From positions 15,252,001 to 15,316,000 of the forward strand of contig CM120646.1 in NCBI GenBank assembly GCA_051362555.1: a stretch of 64,000 bases of DNA, written 5' to 3'. The position numbers were made by a program, and so were the translations under genes. Origin of the DNA: Lingula anatina (Eukaryota; Animalia; Brachiopoda). The notes under the pieces are model-generated. The model was not told the DNA's origin, did no database searches, and was given only the letters and a program-made list of their open reading frames with translations. Positions 41,401 to 54,300 of this stretch are shown one piece after another; position 1 is the first letter of the stretch, and each line of letters starts with the position of its first letter.

Positions 41401-44400
41401 ATAATTAGAAACTGAAAAAGCTGGTACACTGGATCTAAAACTCAGGCCAGCATGCTCGTGTATTCACACAAAAACATTGTTAAATATGGATAATGCAGTT
41501 GTTAGCTTATCTTGAGCAGCCACTTGTTACCACAGATAATAGTAGAGTGTATGCCAAATATGATAACATGTTTACAGGGGTATATTTATGTAACAAGTTC
41601 TACAACAATAAAACTTGTGCTACAAAATAGTGGTCACTCTTGCCAAAGGATAACAACATTGATTGCTATTGCAACTCAAATTTCAACCAACACATGGCAC
41701 TGAGGTGAGCTAACCATAGTCTTGTTTCACCAACTTTTTTTTTTTAATGGATCTTTATAAATCTGAAAAAAAAAGATTATCTCACCACTGGAATGATTTG
41801 ACGTTCCTCTGCAGCATTGACCATGACCTCCCAAAGTCTCGGGACAACCACAGCTAAAATACAGTTATATCATATATCATAATTCTTGTATTAACTTCAT
41901 ATTGTAAGCACAACACAAATACAGTAGAGGTCCTCCCTCAACTTGGTGCTTTACAACTCAAATTATCAATTATCACAAACAAATCTTATGGAGCCGATTG
42001 TTTCAGTGATATTAAGTGGAATTAATTTGAACATTGCCTATATATCAGATAAATCCAACTTATATACATATATCTAAGTAATGATGACAAGCCTCTATCC
42101 TATCTAATACACACATAATTCTAAAATAATCTCATTTCACGATTAGTACATTTGGTTTTGTTAGAGTCGTGAAGCATCGATCTTCCGACAAGAGCACTCT
42201 TCATTTTGAGCAAAAATATTCTATTTTAGCTTTAGTACAAAGAGAATTTGCAATAATATTAGTTAAAGAATAATAATATACATAGCAGTTAATACAGACC
42301 ACTTTCGTTTTGAGTAAAACTATCCTTGTAAGTTGTCCAAAACATATTATGCACGGAAGACTATTTCAGAATAAAAATATATTTTACAGTTTATATGGGT
42401 AATCTTCAATTTGAGTAAAACTATCAATTTAAATTGCTCAAAACATACTTAGTCTGATATCAGAAAAACAAAATACTGAGCAGTTTACTTACATCACTTT
42501 CTATTTGACTTAAACATTCTGAGATAACCTTTTCTATACTAATAAACATCAATTAATGAAATACTTACCAGTTTATAGGGATCATCCTCATTTTGAGCCA
42601 GTACAATATTGGGGATAGACCTGTGGGGGACCACCTGTTTAGGGGTAAAGCTGAGAGGGACCTTGGTGAAGGTCCTCCCAAAGTCTGTGGTGACAAACAT
42701 ATAGTTGTTTTTGATGTCTGTGAACAAGTACTGAAATGAAAGTGTACATATATATCATGAGAAATTGTTAATTAATTGACTGACTGATTAATATTATCCT
42801 ATAAATCCCATAATCAACCAAAATGGTTATGGCATTGAAACTTGTTTATCAAATGCTCAGTCTTTTTCCTAATCTACATATGAGGTAACAACTTTTGATA
42901 CATAAAGTATTACGTACATTAATATATATGTAACTCAGATTAGTAAAACTTGAGCGATACACGACTTCTGATTAAAAAAAAAATTTTTGCTTCTCATGTA
43001 GTGATTTATTTGATTTATGTTAGTTAAAGAATTTAACTTTTAAAGAAACAAGCTAAAGTTGATAATACCTCAGCTTGTTTCTTATGGTGTACATAAAGAG
43101 CTAAATGAAATATAAAACTTTCACCAAGCAATTGACATGATAAAAAATGTGCTTTCATACACTCACATGTGTATTATACACAGGACTGTTATAAAACTGG
43201 CTGATGGTTGCATTCTTCGTCCGATTCAACTTCAGCGCAATGTGGCGGAAAGAGTTCCCATAGTCACTGGAGACATAGAGGTCGCTGCTAAAGTTTGGTG
43301 AATCAACATTGGTGTCCCTGGCCAGTGCTACTATGACGTCAGAGTTCTCTCCAGCCCAGTGGACAATCATTTGATGGTGAGAGTCATGCAGCTCCACCTA
43401 TTGAGCAAAAGATAAATTAAATCAGTCAGCACTACAGTATTTGCAAGGTCAGAATTTGAAATGGGTTGCAGGACACAAAAAAGTTCTATTTCACCCTGTT
43501 TAAAGAAAACTTGTCTGATATGCTCTACCCTTATCATCCACCTTGTGATAGGAGAAACAAATTTTATGCATTTTAAATGGGTAGGAGAAAAGCACAACTT
43601 TAAATAAAAAAGGGGAATACATAAAAATTTAACAATAACAAGTAAAAGTAACAATCTGATTTGCGCTGTCGTATGTTACATTATTAGGGAACTTCCTGGT
43701 AAAATTAAAATTTTTAAAGATTTTTAGGAAAATAATTGAGAAGTGTGATTTTAATGCTTAAAAGCATCAATGATGCTTGTTCAAGATGTTAACTTAGAAC
43801 TGATTCAAATTCAGATTGTCAGGGAACTGTAACTACCACTGTTTATGAATAGTTATTTTCAAAAATACAAGTACAATAATTGTATTATTCTATATAAAGT
43901 TTACTGACTATAGTATATCATAAATCAAAATAATGTCATATGCACCTTGAATACTAAAGATCCCAGTCATGCATGATAAACAACAATCCACCCTGACAGT
44001 TATAGATACTTTTCTAAAAATACACACTTGGTTTATAATGCCTGTACACACACCAACACACCCTTGCACACATATGCACTCATACACGCACTAAATGATA
44101 TTTATTTAACATTATGTAGAATATAAAACTTATCAGGTTAAGAAACTGCATTTGTTCACTTTCAACCAAAAAAGATTTTTTTTCATTCTTTTTTCATCTT
44201 TCCCATGGTTCTTTAAGTCTGTAAATAAGTCATGGTTCCAGTTTAAAGTAAGATCTATTCTATTCATCTCAGTAAGTCAAAGTTTATGGATAGCTCACCA
44301 AACAGAGTCTACCTAATCATTTAATTGTCCCCCCTGCACCTTTTGGTGAGCTGGGCAAACTTGCTAGCTACTTATAAAATTTGAAAAAAAAAGAATCAGA

Positions 44401-45037
44401 AATAATTCTCCAATGTTTTTTCTGGTTATGTGTAAAATAAAATAGCTGATCAATTCAAAATATGTGAAAAGTAAGTTTGGGATTTTATTTTTTTTTTTTT
44501 TTTTTTTTTTTTTATTTATTTTTTTTTTTTGTGAATCCATAAAAAAGAAAAAAAAAATGAAATAGAAAATACTGGAGTGAGTGGGGCATTTGAAATTTTG
44601 AAGTCATTACTGTAAACAAACAACATGCAGAGATGGACCGTACCACATTAAGTTGGCTAAACTAGAAGTGATCTTTATGACAGGCTGTATCAGTCTATGC
44701 CTGCACCCGCCATTCCCTTTACAGTAACTTCTAAACTGAAGCTTTCTGTGCCAGCCATTAACTTATATTGTGGCTCAATTATTTCAATTATTTAGGAAAG
44801 GAAGCTGGCTAGGTTACCTTTTTGAACAATTTCAGTACAAGTCTTTAAGTTAACACCTGAGGGACCATTTGTGTCCTGCCATCTTCTGATATGGCACTGA
44901 TGTTATATCTATATCAGGTCTATAGAGAAAACCGAAAGTTGCCTAGAAGTATTTCACAAAATAGAGCCTTACCAACTTTGAACAACACCCTTCAAATGCA
45001 AATACTAGTAAAGCTTTAATGGAAGCCCCCACATGAC

Positions 45038-45101
<64 letters not shown>

Positions 45102-45588
45102 CAGTCATCATATGCTGACAGACTGATTCAGTACTACATTACACTAGTTCTGTATATTTTGGAATGCTTTTAAGAGGCTTGTATTTGCTTTTAAAAAAAT
45201 ACAAGCCGCTTTTTAAATAAGTCCTTGTTTGAGAGAGACATACTTTAGCATAGGCCCAATAACAACAGCTAAATGGCATGTCAAAACTTCGGAATCCTTT
45301 TTTTTTTTTTTCTATTTGTATTACAAACAAAATGTTTTTGAGGGGTGGATTATAAACATATGCTGTAGAAATCTACTGAACAATTACCTCTTCCACAGTG
45401 AATCATCATGCATGACTCGCAAGTCCTTCTATAGACCATTACTGAGTTATAAAAAATGTCGCTTCCAATAATAATACAGATAGGGTTACCAGCATAAACC
45501 TTACCTGGCAACTACAGAGTTATCATTACTGTGATATACTGATAATGGTGGAAAAAGCAGAGAAGACAGATGATCTCATATCAGTATA

Positions 45589-45632
<44 letters not shown>

Positions 45633-47423
45633 TAGCCTACTGGACACTGTCACTAGAAACCCCTGAAACTACTTGTATGACTTAAAATTGACCAATCTTT
45701 AGATTAAATACAGTATGAAATTTGGTAAATACTAAACACTGTCAAAATAATTCAGTGGTCAGTATGAAAATCTCCAGCAGTCCAATCAAAACAGTAGTTG
45801 TAATGTTTTTGATTTTATTCTAATTTTTTAAACTGTTCACTATCTTTCAGCAAGCCTGTACTGTTCATGCTTCATTTACCAAGCACACTAGTTTTAATTT
45901 CAGAGCATGTATTCACATACTTTAGGCTTAATTATTAACCATATGTAAATAAAATCATGTTGTAAAATGCTTGTGAGCAAATACTCTGTACAAGCCCCTG
46001 ACTTATCATAAGTGCTCTTGCAACAACAATCAAGATATATAAGCATAGAGTTCAAGGGGTCTCAGCTAGAAGTCTTGGGCCTCCTGCATATGGCATACAG
46101 GCATAAACAATGAAGAGTAATCATAAATTGCAGTCAAGGATGGGGAAGAAGTTGCCTCTTAAATCCCCTTGTCAAACTCCATACTCGCCTGGTCTTGGCA
46201 GTGCTTTTAATAATGTGTGTGTATATATATATATGATAAAACAGAGGTCCACATACGTTTTATAACTTCTATAATTGTGTTGTATGCTTCCCAGGTCGAC
46301 CAGACATAAAGATCAGGCCTAGGTTAACAGTGTCATAAAGACCAAGCATAAAATAATAAAGATCATTACTATAGTAGTCTCTTTTATTAAGGATATGAGG
46401 CTACGAACACAATCTTCACCCTCAAAATCTTTAGCTCACGGCTGATGTCAACATAATATCTTATAATAACTACTATATTTTAATCCCACCTAATATATAG
46501 CATTAGACTGTCCTATGAATCACTACTGCTGATTCAGCACAAATAAGCTTGAATTAGCCTTTTACCTGTTTCTATATCTAATTAGCACATATAATAGAGA
46601 TCTAAAACCATTAAATGAAAGTGCAAATACTTCATGGTAGTGTTGATAATTAGAGCAGGGTTTCCACAAATCAGACCCCAGAAAATGATATGCAAAGCAT
46701 TTCTCAGACCCTAGACTGCTTACATGAAATGAGACCTACATTAACGACCATTACCACAGTATCAGTCACAGTATTATATCCAAAGAGACATTATCATAAA
46801 TCATATCAATAGACATGTATGATGTCGATAATCTTGTTGTCGTTATTGGGGTTTTGTTTACCAGTTGGCAATGTTATTCAAGGGAGGGGGTCCTGGACCC
46901 TACTGCCATACGTGCTGAATACAAAGGGGATACAGGTACCACCGGAATTAATCACGAGTCCCTTACACAACAATCAACATCCGGGTTGACACATATTCAT
47001 AATCATGAAACAATTCATGATTTTCGAAATGGCTGATCGCTGGTGTATGGTACATATGTATTCAACTAGCCCCTAGAAGACATTAATAAGAATGTGTGTG
47101 TCACATAATACCTCACAGGTGCTTGCAGAGGCATTACACGCTGGTTTCGTCGCTGCTCTCTTTTGCCGATTGTGCAAGGGGGTGTCCTGTTCCGACTCCA
47201 TTTCTGCAGCCAGACGCTGGAAAATCTCCTCCGCACTCTCATTTTCACGCATGTTGATTGTAAACCTATTGTTGTTGAAATATTCTTCATGTTTCTCTCT
47301 TCTCACGTGCAATGTCTCTGATTTTGATCCATGTTTTAATGCCACATTTAACTCTATCGATCCTAACAGGAAAAGGAAAGTAAGTGGCAATGTCGCCGCC
47401 ATGTTGTTATGCGCAGCACTCAT
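16674..47423 (-). CDS. SORL1: Sortilin-related receptor SorLA (VPS10P + 10CC, YWTD propeller, EGF, 10 LDLa, 6 FN3, TM, cytoplasmic tail); about 45 coding exons
   Basis: Exon 1 (47423-47112) has a signal peptide and furin site RQKR. VPS10P exons: [59 protein letters not shown] exons 34149-32016; LDLa exons 30202-25209; FN3 exons 24510-17622. The TM exon contains [15 protein letters not shown]. The last exon, [22 protein letters not shown] (stop 16676-16674), matches the known SorLA tail. Confidence 0.97.
18519..18755. mobile_element. Foldback MITE (PIF/Harbinger-like, TWA target)
   Basis: Long imperfect inverted arms (tagatcgatc...gcttaactgaatgacacgcct / aggcatgtcattcagttaagc...gatcgatcta), flanked by TTA and TAA. 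Related copies near 39414, 51935 and 54140. Confidence 0.7.
24098..24281. mobile_element. Palindromic MITE with TAA target-site duplication (Tourist/Harbinger-like)
   Basis: About 55-bp imperfect TIRs (gagagcattcagaacagcgaactaacagat... / ...atctgttagtctgttgttctgaatgcgcta) with TAA on both sides; a partial copy lies near 60505-60571. Confidence 0.7.
25555..25779 (+). mobile_element. Possible degenerate tRNA-derived SINE
   Basis: 5' end resembles a tRNA head with an A-box-like ggccttgtggtttgagc; 3' end is an A-rich tail (ttaaacaaaac). No clear B-box. Confidence 0.3.
29051..29197. repeat. Degenerate ~40-bp tandem repeat (about 4 copies) spanning a SORL1 splice acceptor
   Basis: Units like acaggtgccatatactgaaaacattg recur. 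Minus-strand YAG at 29068-29066, 29109-29107, 29149-29147 and 29188-29186. Confidence 0.7.
30512..31498. repeat. 48-bp minisatellite, about 20.5 copies, each containing the SORL1 intron/exon junction
   Basis: Unit gtgtacaagggcttatggctgaaagacagg(gaaaaaat/aaagaaac/aaagaaat)attgatacca; ctgaaagaca recurs every 48 bp from 30529 to 31489. Confidence 0.98.
32797..32893. repeat. Dispersed repeat fragment; second copy at about 59221-59346
   Basis: Both loci share gattcattaaccat...caggaaaat...gccaaaatga...gttgtcatcccttta. Confidence 0.65.
38407..38480. repeat. (TA)n microsatellite
   Basis: Seen directly. Confidence 0.95.
39414..39662. mobile_element. Foldback MITE with TTA target-site duplication (PIF/Harbinger-like)
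   Basis: TIRs gaccccgttcccatacctagat / atctaggtatgggaacagggtt; palindromic interior; TTA on both sides. Confidence 0.75.
39717..39821 (-). CDS. SORL1: SORL1 alternative exon 6b ([35 protein letters not shown])
   Basis: 105 nt, phase 0-0, ttatag acceptor, gtaaga donor; homologous to exon 6a. Confidence 0.8.
40577..40681 (-). CDS. SORL1: SORL1 alternative exon 6a ([35 protein letters not shown])
   Basis: 105 nt, phase 0-0, aattag acceptor, gtaaga donor. QLWVS matches the SorLA VPS10P segment between YMFAT and [12 protein letters not shown]. Confidence 0.85.
45040..45099. repeat. (AAT)n microsatellite
   Basis: Seen directly. Confidence 0.95.
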
Positions 47424-48649
47424 GAAGTGGTTGCGCTAAATGAACTAAACAAAGTAGTTCCGCTTCGTTACACCATTTTAGGGTATCACATAAGGGATCC
47501 AAGAAATAATTAATTATTTAAATCATTTGGTAGATTTTTAAAGGGCTGGTGGAATTAGTTTAATTCACAAGTTCTATCAAAAACAAAACATATTCATACG
47601 CGGCACCAGTTACGCTCTGGTACAGGTGTCCTCGAAAAAAACAGGTGCCATGAAAAAATGCGTCGTTTCGTAAACACGTCGTTCAAACTTTGTCTAAGAA
47701 CGTTCTACCTCACGCAGACTGATCGGCAGTGAAAACTGACAAAGACCAATGGACATTTGGTCTCACATCGACAATTAAACAGCTTTCATTTTACTCTAAT
47801 ACATAATTAGGGACTAATCAGTTAGATCCAATTAGACTTTACAGCATCAATTATCTTTTTACCGTAATTTTTTATATCTTATTGGCCGATATAAATTATG
47901 GGTGTACAATAATTTGTACATCGATTATTAAGAAATGTGAGGTACAGAAATGTTTTTGATGGCACGTTTGTATTTAGTTGTCACAACCGGTCTCAACTAA
48001 CAGAATATTTAATATTCGACTCATCGTTTTGTCGATCTGAGGTTTGGGGTGGAGGATGGGAGGGGGGGGGGAGAGTTCCTTTTTTTCTATCGAAAAGGAG
48101 CACAATATTGTTTCAATACAGTTTTTCCTGCGACACATTATATTTCTATGAGTTGTTTACAATGTAATTTATTCATAATTGTAAAATATAGATCTCATAC
48201 GAAGATCTCCCGAATGTGCAACTGGTGTCGTGTGATCAAACTATCAAACTGTCGCTGTGTTCAGTGCGTCCTGAGATAATCAAATTAGAATTATGCCTAT
48301 ATATGTAAAAAGTTTTAAATATCTTTAATATGATTTGCTGTTAACATTTGTCGACAACATTCGTAAGATACAATGATATTGATTCACAACAAAATCAATA
48401 AGCACATTTTTGAAGGAATGAACAGTTTTGCTGCGATCGAACTGCAGTCTAGTCTTTATCGTCTTTTATTTTTCACAAAATCCTACAACACATGTTATAC
48501 TTATTTTTGTTAAATTATCTATTCATTCATTCTTAAACTTTATGAAGCAAGTCCAACATGTCCAACTGTCTTCAATTTAAGGATTTTTTTCAAAGCGACT
48601 TGCAGCTCATGACGTCAGGCGTCATGACGTACCTACTCAAAATCTTAGC

Positions 48650-48741
48650 TAATTGGCGTAATGAACGTTCATGTTAAGACAGAATTTGAGTTTGAGAATT
48701 TAAGTAAATCGATTGGGACTGAACGTTCATTACGCCAATTA
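48650..48741. repeat. Perfect 22-bp inverted repeat with a 48-bp spacer
   Basis: taattggcgtaatgaacgttca (48650-48671) and tgaacgttcattacgccaatta (48720-48741). Confidence 0.85.
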
Positions 48742-51310
48742 AGAACTAAGAAAAGAGACTGTTTTCTTTGTTGGAAAACCACAGGAAGCTAGATTTTGTA
48801 CTTATGTAAGTCTGGAGCTTCTGAACCATTTCCTGTTTAACTATTCACAATAGTTACATAGAAATTAGGGAAAGGAAAAAAAAACATGCTTGTCAATTAT
48901 GATGTATAGTTTCCTGGGTATGATGACGACCAGAAGTTGGAGCTTGTCATAAGTGACTGCAGTTGTAGAAGAACTGTAAAATACATTGTAAGAGCTAGCT
49001 ATAGCTTTCAAATGCAGACGATCATTATCATAATTATACAGTACGTGGGTTGTTATACTATATAGTCCATGATCACCATACCACGATAAAAAAAACAAGC
49101 TGTGTGTTCCTATATTTTCCTTTCATTACATTTTCAGCAAATAAGTAGGGCCTATATATTGGCTTGTGGGCCCAGTGCCGTAAAAATGACTGCCTGTGCG
49201 AGTCGCTCTACTAAACTACTAAGTTATAACAGGCCATGGAGTAGATCAGGGCGATTTGTATAGGGTGGCGACTGTAAATACAAAACCTTCGTACCTTGAC
49301 GCAAGTCTTATAGAAACTGCAAGTCTTCATTATGACTAATATAGTTTATGAGAAAGCGAAAACAAGTCTTAGAATTTTCTGGCAATAAAGCAAAATGTAT
49401 GGAAATAAAAAGTCGTCACCGAAAATTGCAAGAAGCTGAAAAAATATTGTCTGGAATTTGGTAAGATCTAAACTTAAGTCTGCCAATCCCAACATAACCC
49501 GTGATATGGCAGAGGGGTTTTATTGATATAAGTAAGCATTCGCCAAACACAAGAAATTATAGAAAATTAAATTAAGTTGTGCATAATTTGGTTGAAATCG
49601 TGGAAAATCTGCGGAGACAATTGGAGTGTTGTACTCCAGAGACTAGACTGCTACTAGTTGTCCTTTAACATACAGATCACCAAGATATAGTGAGTCTCGA
49701 AATTTAGCGTACAATCAAGCGAGATTCCCCAAGAAAAGAAGAAGTGTTAGTCAGAAATAATGACAGACTAACGAATGCGGCAACGCAGAAAAGTTGGCAG
49801 AATTTATTGACATATTTTTCTTGTTGTTTATGACAGTGTATAACAGTACGGTACGAACTCACTGTTTTCATGCCAGCGCTCGATGTTACTTTAGTATTGT
49901 ATTAATTCCCAGAACATATTGTTTTGTCTTTATCGCTAAAAAATTTAACCACATCAAGTGGATTCTGGCACGTTTTCTAGTCTACCATGACGTCACGCAG
50001 TACCAATAGCCTCGTTCTGTTATCAAGGTTTGGTGACGTCACAGGATGGGTGTAGCGCATTCAACGTCTTACCAGAGTCCGTTCTCGCATCGAGCGGTAC
50101 TCTCAGAGGGGTATCTTAGTCAAACAAAGACTTACCTCTACATTATAGTTTAACCTTTAATAAGTCAATTCCTTTGGTTGAAAACGCACAATAAAACTTC
50201 ACCTATTAAAAATTTACATTTTAATGAGTTCAAGGAGTAACCCGTGGAGCTTGTCCCTAGGAGAGATGAAATATCCCATGCCAGAATCAGGCCTACCCAA
50301 CTACCAGACTCGGCACCTAAGGATCCTGAATTAACCGGTATATCGGACCACACTACCCGTTTTCAAGGTGTGTGTCAGATCGCATTTCGCATTACCGATG
50401 CGCCAGGAGAAGGCACGTTATCTTCAAGAACAATTTCGGACAAAAACACTAATATTAGCGACCGCAAAATGCGTCGATTCTGTTGGAGAGTAAAACACAG
50501 CTTTGGAGTTATCAATTGCTAGTTTTCAAACATTGGTACCTGCCCTTCGGCTTGAATGTCAGTTTAAGAACAAAACAGTTTATCAACTGAAATAATTATA
50601 GCAAGGGAAGCCCAATCATCGTTCAGATGTGACAGCATATCAAAGGAACGGTCGATTCGCAGGAAGAAAGTGCGTTATTCACCAGTCTGGACTGGTTCAC
50701 TTTGGACAACTTTATAAAAAAAACTGTCTGTAACGTTTTTAAACAGAGCCATACACAATTTTATGGTTGGCTTAACAACAGGAGCCGAATTCTCGGAGAA
50801 ATTGTGAAATGGAGTGAAGTCCCGTGAAACCTCCGTACATTCGGATGTCTCGAAACGAGCCACTTTGACTGGATCAGTTTTAACAACAGGAAAAGGGTCA
50901 AAGTGTTCGTGTAGAAAGGAGTTGGCCTTTTTCCAAACAGACCATTTGAGTTTTACTGCTACATTTGTTTCTGTTACTATCGTCATGTCTGCCGCACCTA
51001 TGTTTGTATGGACAGGTACATGTGTATTCAATCCACTTTGACCGCAAATTGCACTTGTCCTCCCCTTGTTTCCTCAGCCCTATTGTTTCAAGTAACCTGA
51101 AAGAAAGATGTCCTCGTTTAGCACGTTATTGCCCCCAGTAACTCTGAGCATGTCTCTTTACCACTGCTTCCCACTGATAACAATAGGCATTACCCTACAT
51201 CCATGTGACCTGTCGGTGTCAGCAGGTAACGCGCTCTACCTACATAACTTTAGTATCATTCAGACACAGTGGGAGAGAGAGCACGTTGGGACTGCTCCGA
51301 CACTGGCAGA

Positions 51311-54300
51311 ATGTCCTCTCTTTTTCGGCTGGCAGCGACGGTTCTTTTAGTGGTGGCTTCTTCCGCAAAGGGCGCGATTGCTCAGAGCAATACGAACGAG
51401 ACGATCGCCAGGGCGTGGGCTGAGGAATACAACCAAAGAGCGCAGATTGTGTTTGCAGAAAGCGTGGAAGCGGATTGGAACTACAGTACTAACATAACCG
51501 ACTATAACAGAGATGTTGCAGTAAGTACTTACTTATACTAGTATAAGAAAACGTTTTTTTACTTGGGTACGGTCACGAAACAGTGGCGAGTTGGTATAGG
51601 TTCATACCAAGCTAGAGCAGCATCTTTATTTGTGAAATGATTCAGCCCCCTTATTCAAGAAGCGGGTCTTTGTGGACCCTTTTCTGGGATGCTTCTCTCT
51701 TCTAACTCGGTTCGTCCCATCTGAGCACGTCACCATAGCACTATAACCCAACTAATTTTTTAAAGACCGAAACTTGATCTTCCTCAGTGGGAGTTAAATT
51801 CATAGTTGTCCACAGAGATAAGGTACACTTTCATCTGAAAAACAAGCCATTTATTTCCTGCTATAAAACCATGCAATAAAATCAAATAAAATAATATAGT
51901 TGGACGACTACTGATTTATATTGGGCCAAAGGATTCGTTCCCACTGAAACTGCCGTTCTACTTAGGTCGATCCAAATCCGCGGGGACTCTCGCTGAATGC
52001 AATCACATTAACAGATAAACACACCCCCTCTTATTTCTAACGTAGTCGTATAATCACCACATTTTTAGTATTCTAGTCAATGCCAAGAGGAGGCGTGTTA
52101 GGCTCTATTCCCATAGATTTTAGATCGATCTATCCCCGCGGGGAGTCTCACTAGATTACTGTCAGCTTGGCCGGCTTAAGCGTCTGTCCCGCCTACTTAA
52201 AGCTGTAAGGGGGTAATTAACTATGGTGTCCGCTCGGCTGACTGCAATTTAGCCTGAACCCCCAGGGAGTTAGGTCGATCTAAACCTTAATCTTTAGATC
52301 GATCCAAATCTCTGGGAAAGCACCCCAAGAGGAGGCGTGTTAAACTGCTAATCTGATTGCACTCAGCGAATGAACCCAAAGTTGACTGAAGAGTCCAGAT
52401 AAGGACAGTCGACTTGCCTTAATTTCGGACGGGCCAAGGAAGATGTCAGATTTGCGATATCATTCTTTGATTAATTGATTTTTCAAGTGAGTTTGTTTGT
52501 TTGGAACATTGTACTTTGGAACTCTTTGTCCTAGATTAATTTAAAATCATACTTTATTTATAAAATAAAAAAACGTTACAAAACCTCTGAGTAGCAGATG
52601 GTTTCCAACTGAGCACAGACATTAAAAAGCACTGCATTTTCCACTGTGATACGTTTGGCAAATTTGATATTTTTATAATTTTAGTTTACAGTTAAAAAGT
52701 AAAAAAGATAAATAAATCGTAAGATAGCTATAATAGTTTAAATAAGTTTATTCAAGTAGTAGAAGTGTTGTCCAGGAAAGGACTTGATCGGTTTGTGGGC
52801 CTAAAAATTTTGTTATGCATAAAGAGGAGGTTTACTGGCAGTTTTTAACGTACGGTACATACATTCTTAAAATTTTTTCTAACATTCTGAGTGGAAAAAT
52901 TTTCTTTAGCATAGAATTAAATCCTGAGTACACTCCACGTTGTCCCTTTCTCCTTACTTATTTTCTCTAAGCTTTCCTCGCGTAAATCTGAATACGAGCA
53001 AGTACCCCAAGACGTTTTAACATGACTATGAAATATGGATTGAATTATGGATGGCGTAAATTGAATAACCAAACGTTTAGCGAGCCATCTGATTATAGTT
53101 TACTCGGGTCATTGGTTGCAAGTTGGACGTGTTTCGGGTACGCACGCATTGTTTCGAAGCAGTATATATGTTGTACCGACGGCATGGACCCAAAAACTGA
53201 AGTTTAACTACGAAAAAAAGGAAAAAAGACATAGTCGATGTCCGTCTAGTATACAAATTCAGTTACATTCAAATCTTTGCAGAAATAAAGGGATTACGTG
53301 TATGATGAAATCTGCACCATTTACTGTGCATGTGTAAATAAAATGTATTTTTAGACCGTCATTTCTCAAGTCTATATTTATTCATTTCCGCACCCATTTT
53401 ATAAGGAGCTTGTGACAAGCAATTCAGTCGTTTACTGAAGCACTTCTAAAACGAAAATCGAGACTGTGAAGTGTGTCGTAAATGTTTTATCAGTTGAAAG
53501 CTGTCAATGATTAAACATGTTAGCGCAGGGCAAGTGCGGCCATGCACCACCCCTAATACCAACGCAGTGGATTAATTATTAATTTAAAGTGATTGATAAT
53601 TAATCTTGGTTTATTTTCACAAGATGAACAGTACAAAGATAGTGATAATCCAGTAATCGGGGCGTCTTTCTCCTGATGTTGGACAATAACCAGGGGCGGA
53701 TTTAGGCCGTCTTCAGGGTCTTCCGGAAGACGGTCAGATTTTCAAGTTTACATTGACGGGTATTTAATTTTTTCTGTCGGAAGACGGTCAAAAAAGGAGG
53801 ATGGATCAACAAAGATAATTTGGAAGACTGTCAGAAAATATCTCTGGATCCGCCCCTGATAACCCTCTTTCTATATGTGGATTGATAAGTACACTATCAG
53901 TTTATGGACGCGTATAATAGTTCAGTTTTCAGACTGCTTTGCTGCGTTAGTCTGCACCCTATTTTGGTGATTGGCATGGAGTATTTATCTATTGAACACA
54001 TACTTAGATACATATTTTTTATGAAACCTTATTATAGAAAAGCGGTGAATGTATTTATTACTGTCACAGAGTAAGCGTTTAAAAAGTTTTTAAATGAACT
54101 AATTTTTATGCAGTGATACACTGTCCGGCTGCAAACAAGGGGCTCATTCCCAATGAACTGTCGTTCTACGTAGATCGATCCAGCTCTCACTGATTGCAAT
54201 CAGGCTAGCAGATTAACATGCCTCATTTTGTTTCTAACGCACTCGTATAATGGCCAGCTTTTTTTGTATTCTACTCGACCCCATGTCTGTTTATTTGGCT

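Noticed and set aside
50675-51031. 118-aa minus-strand ORF upstream of ACE
   Set aside because: No recognisable motif or splice partners; probably non-coding or repeat-derived.
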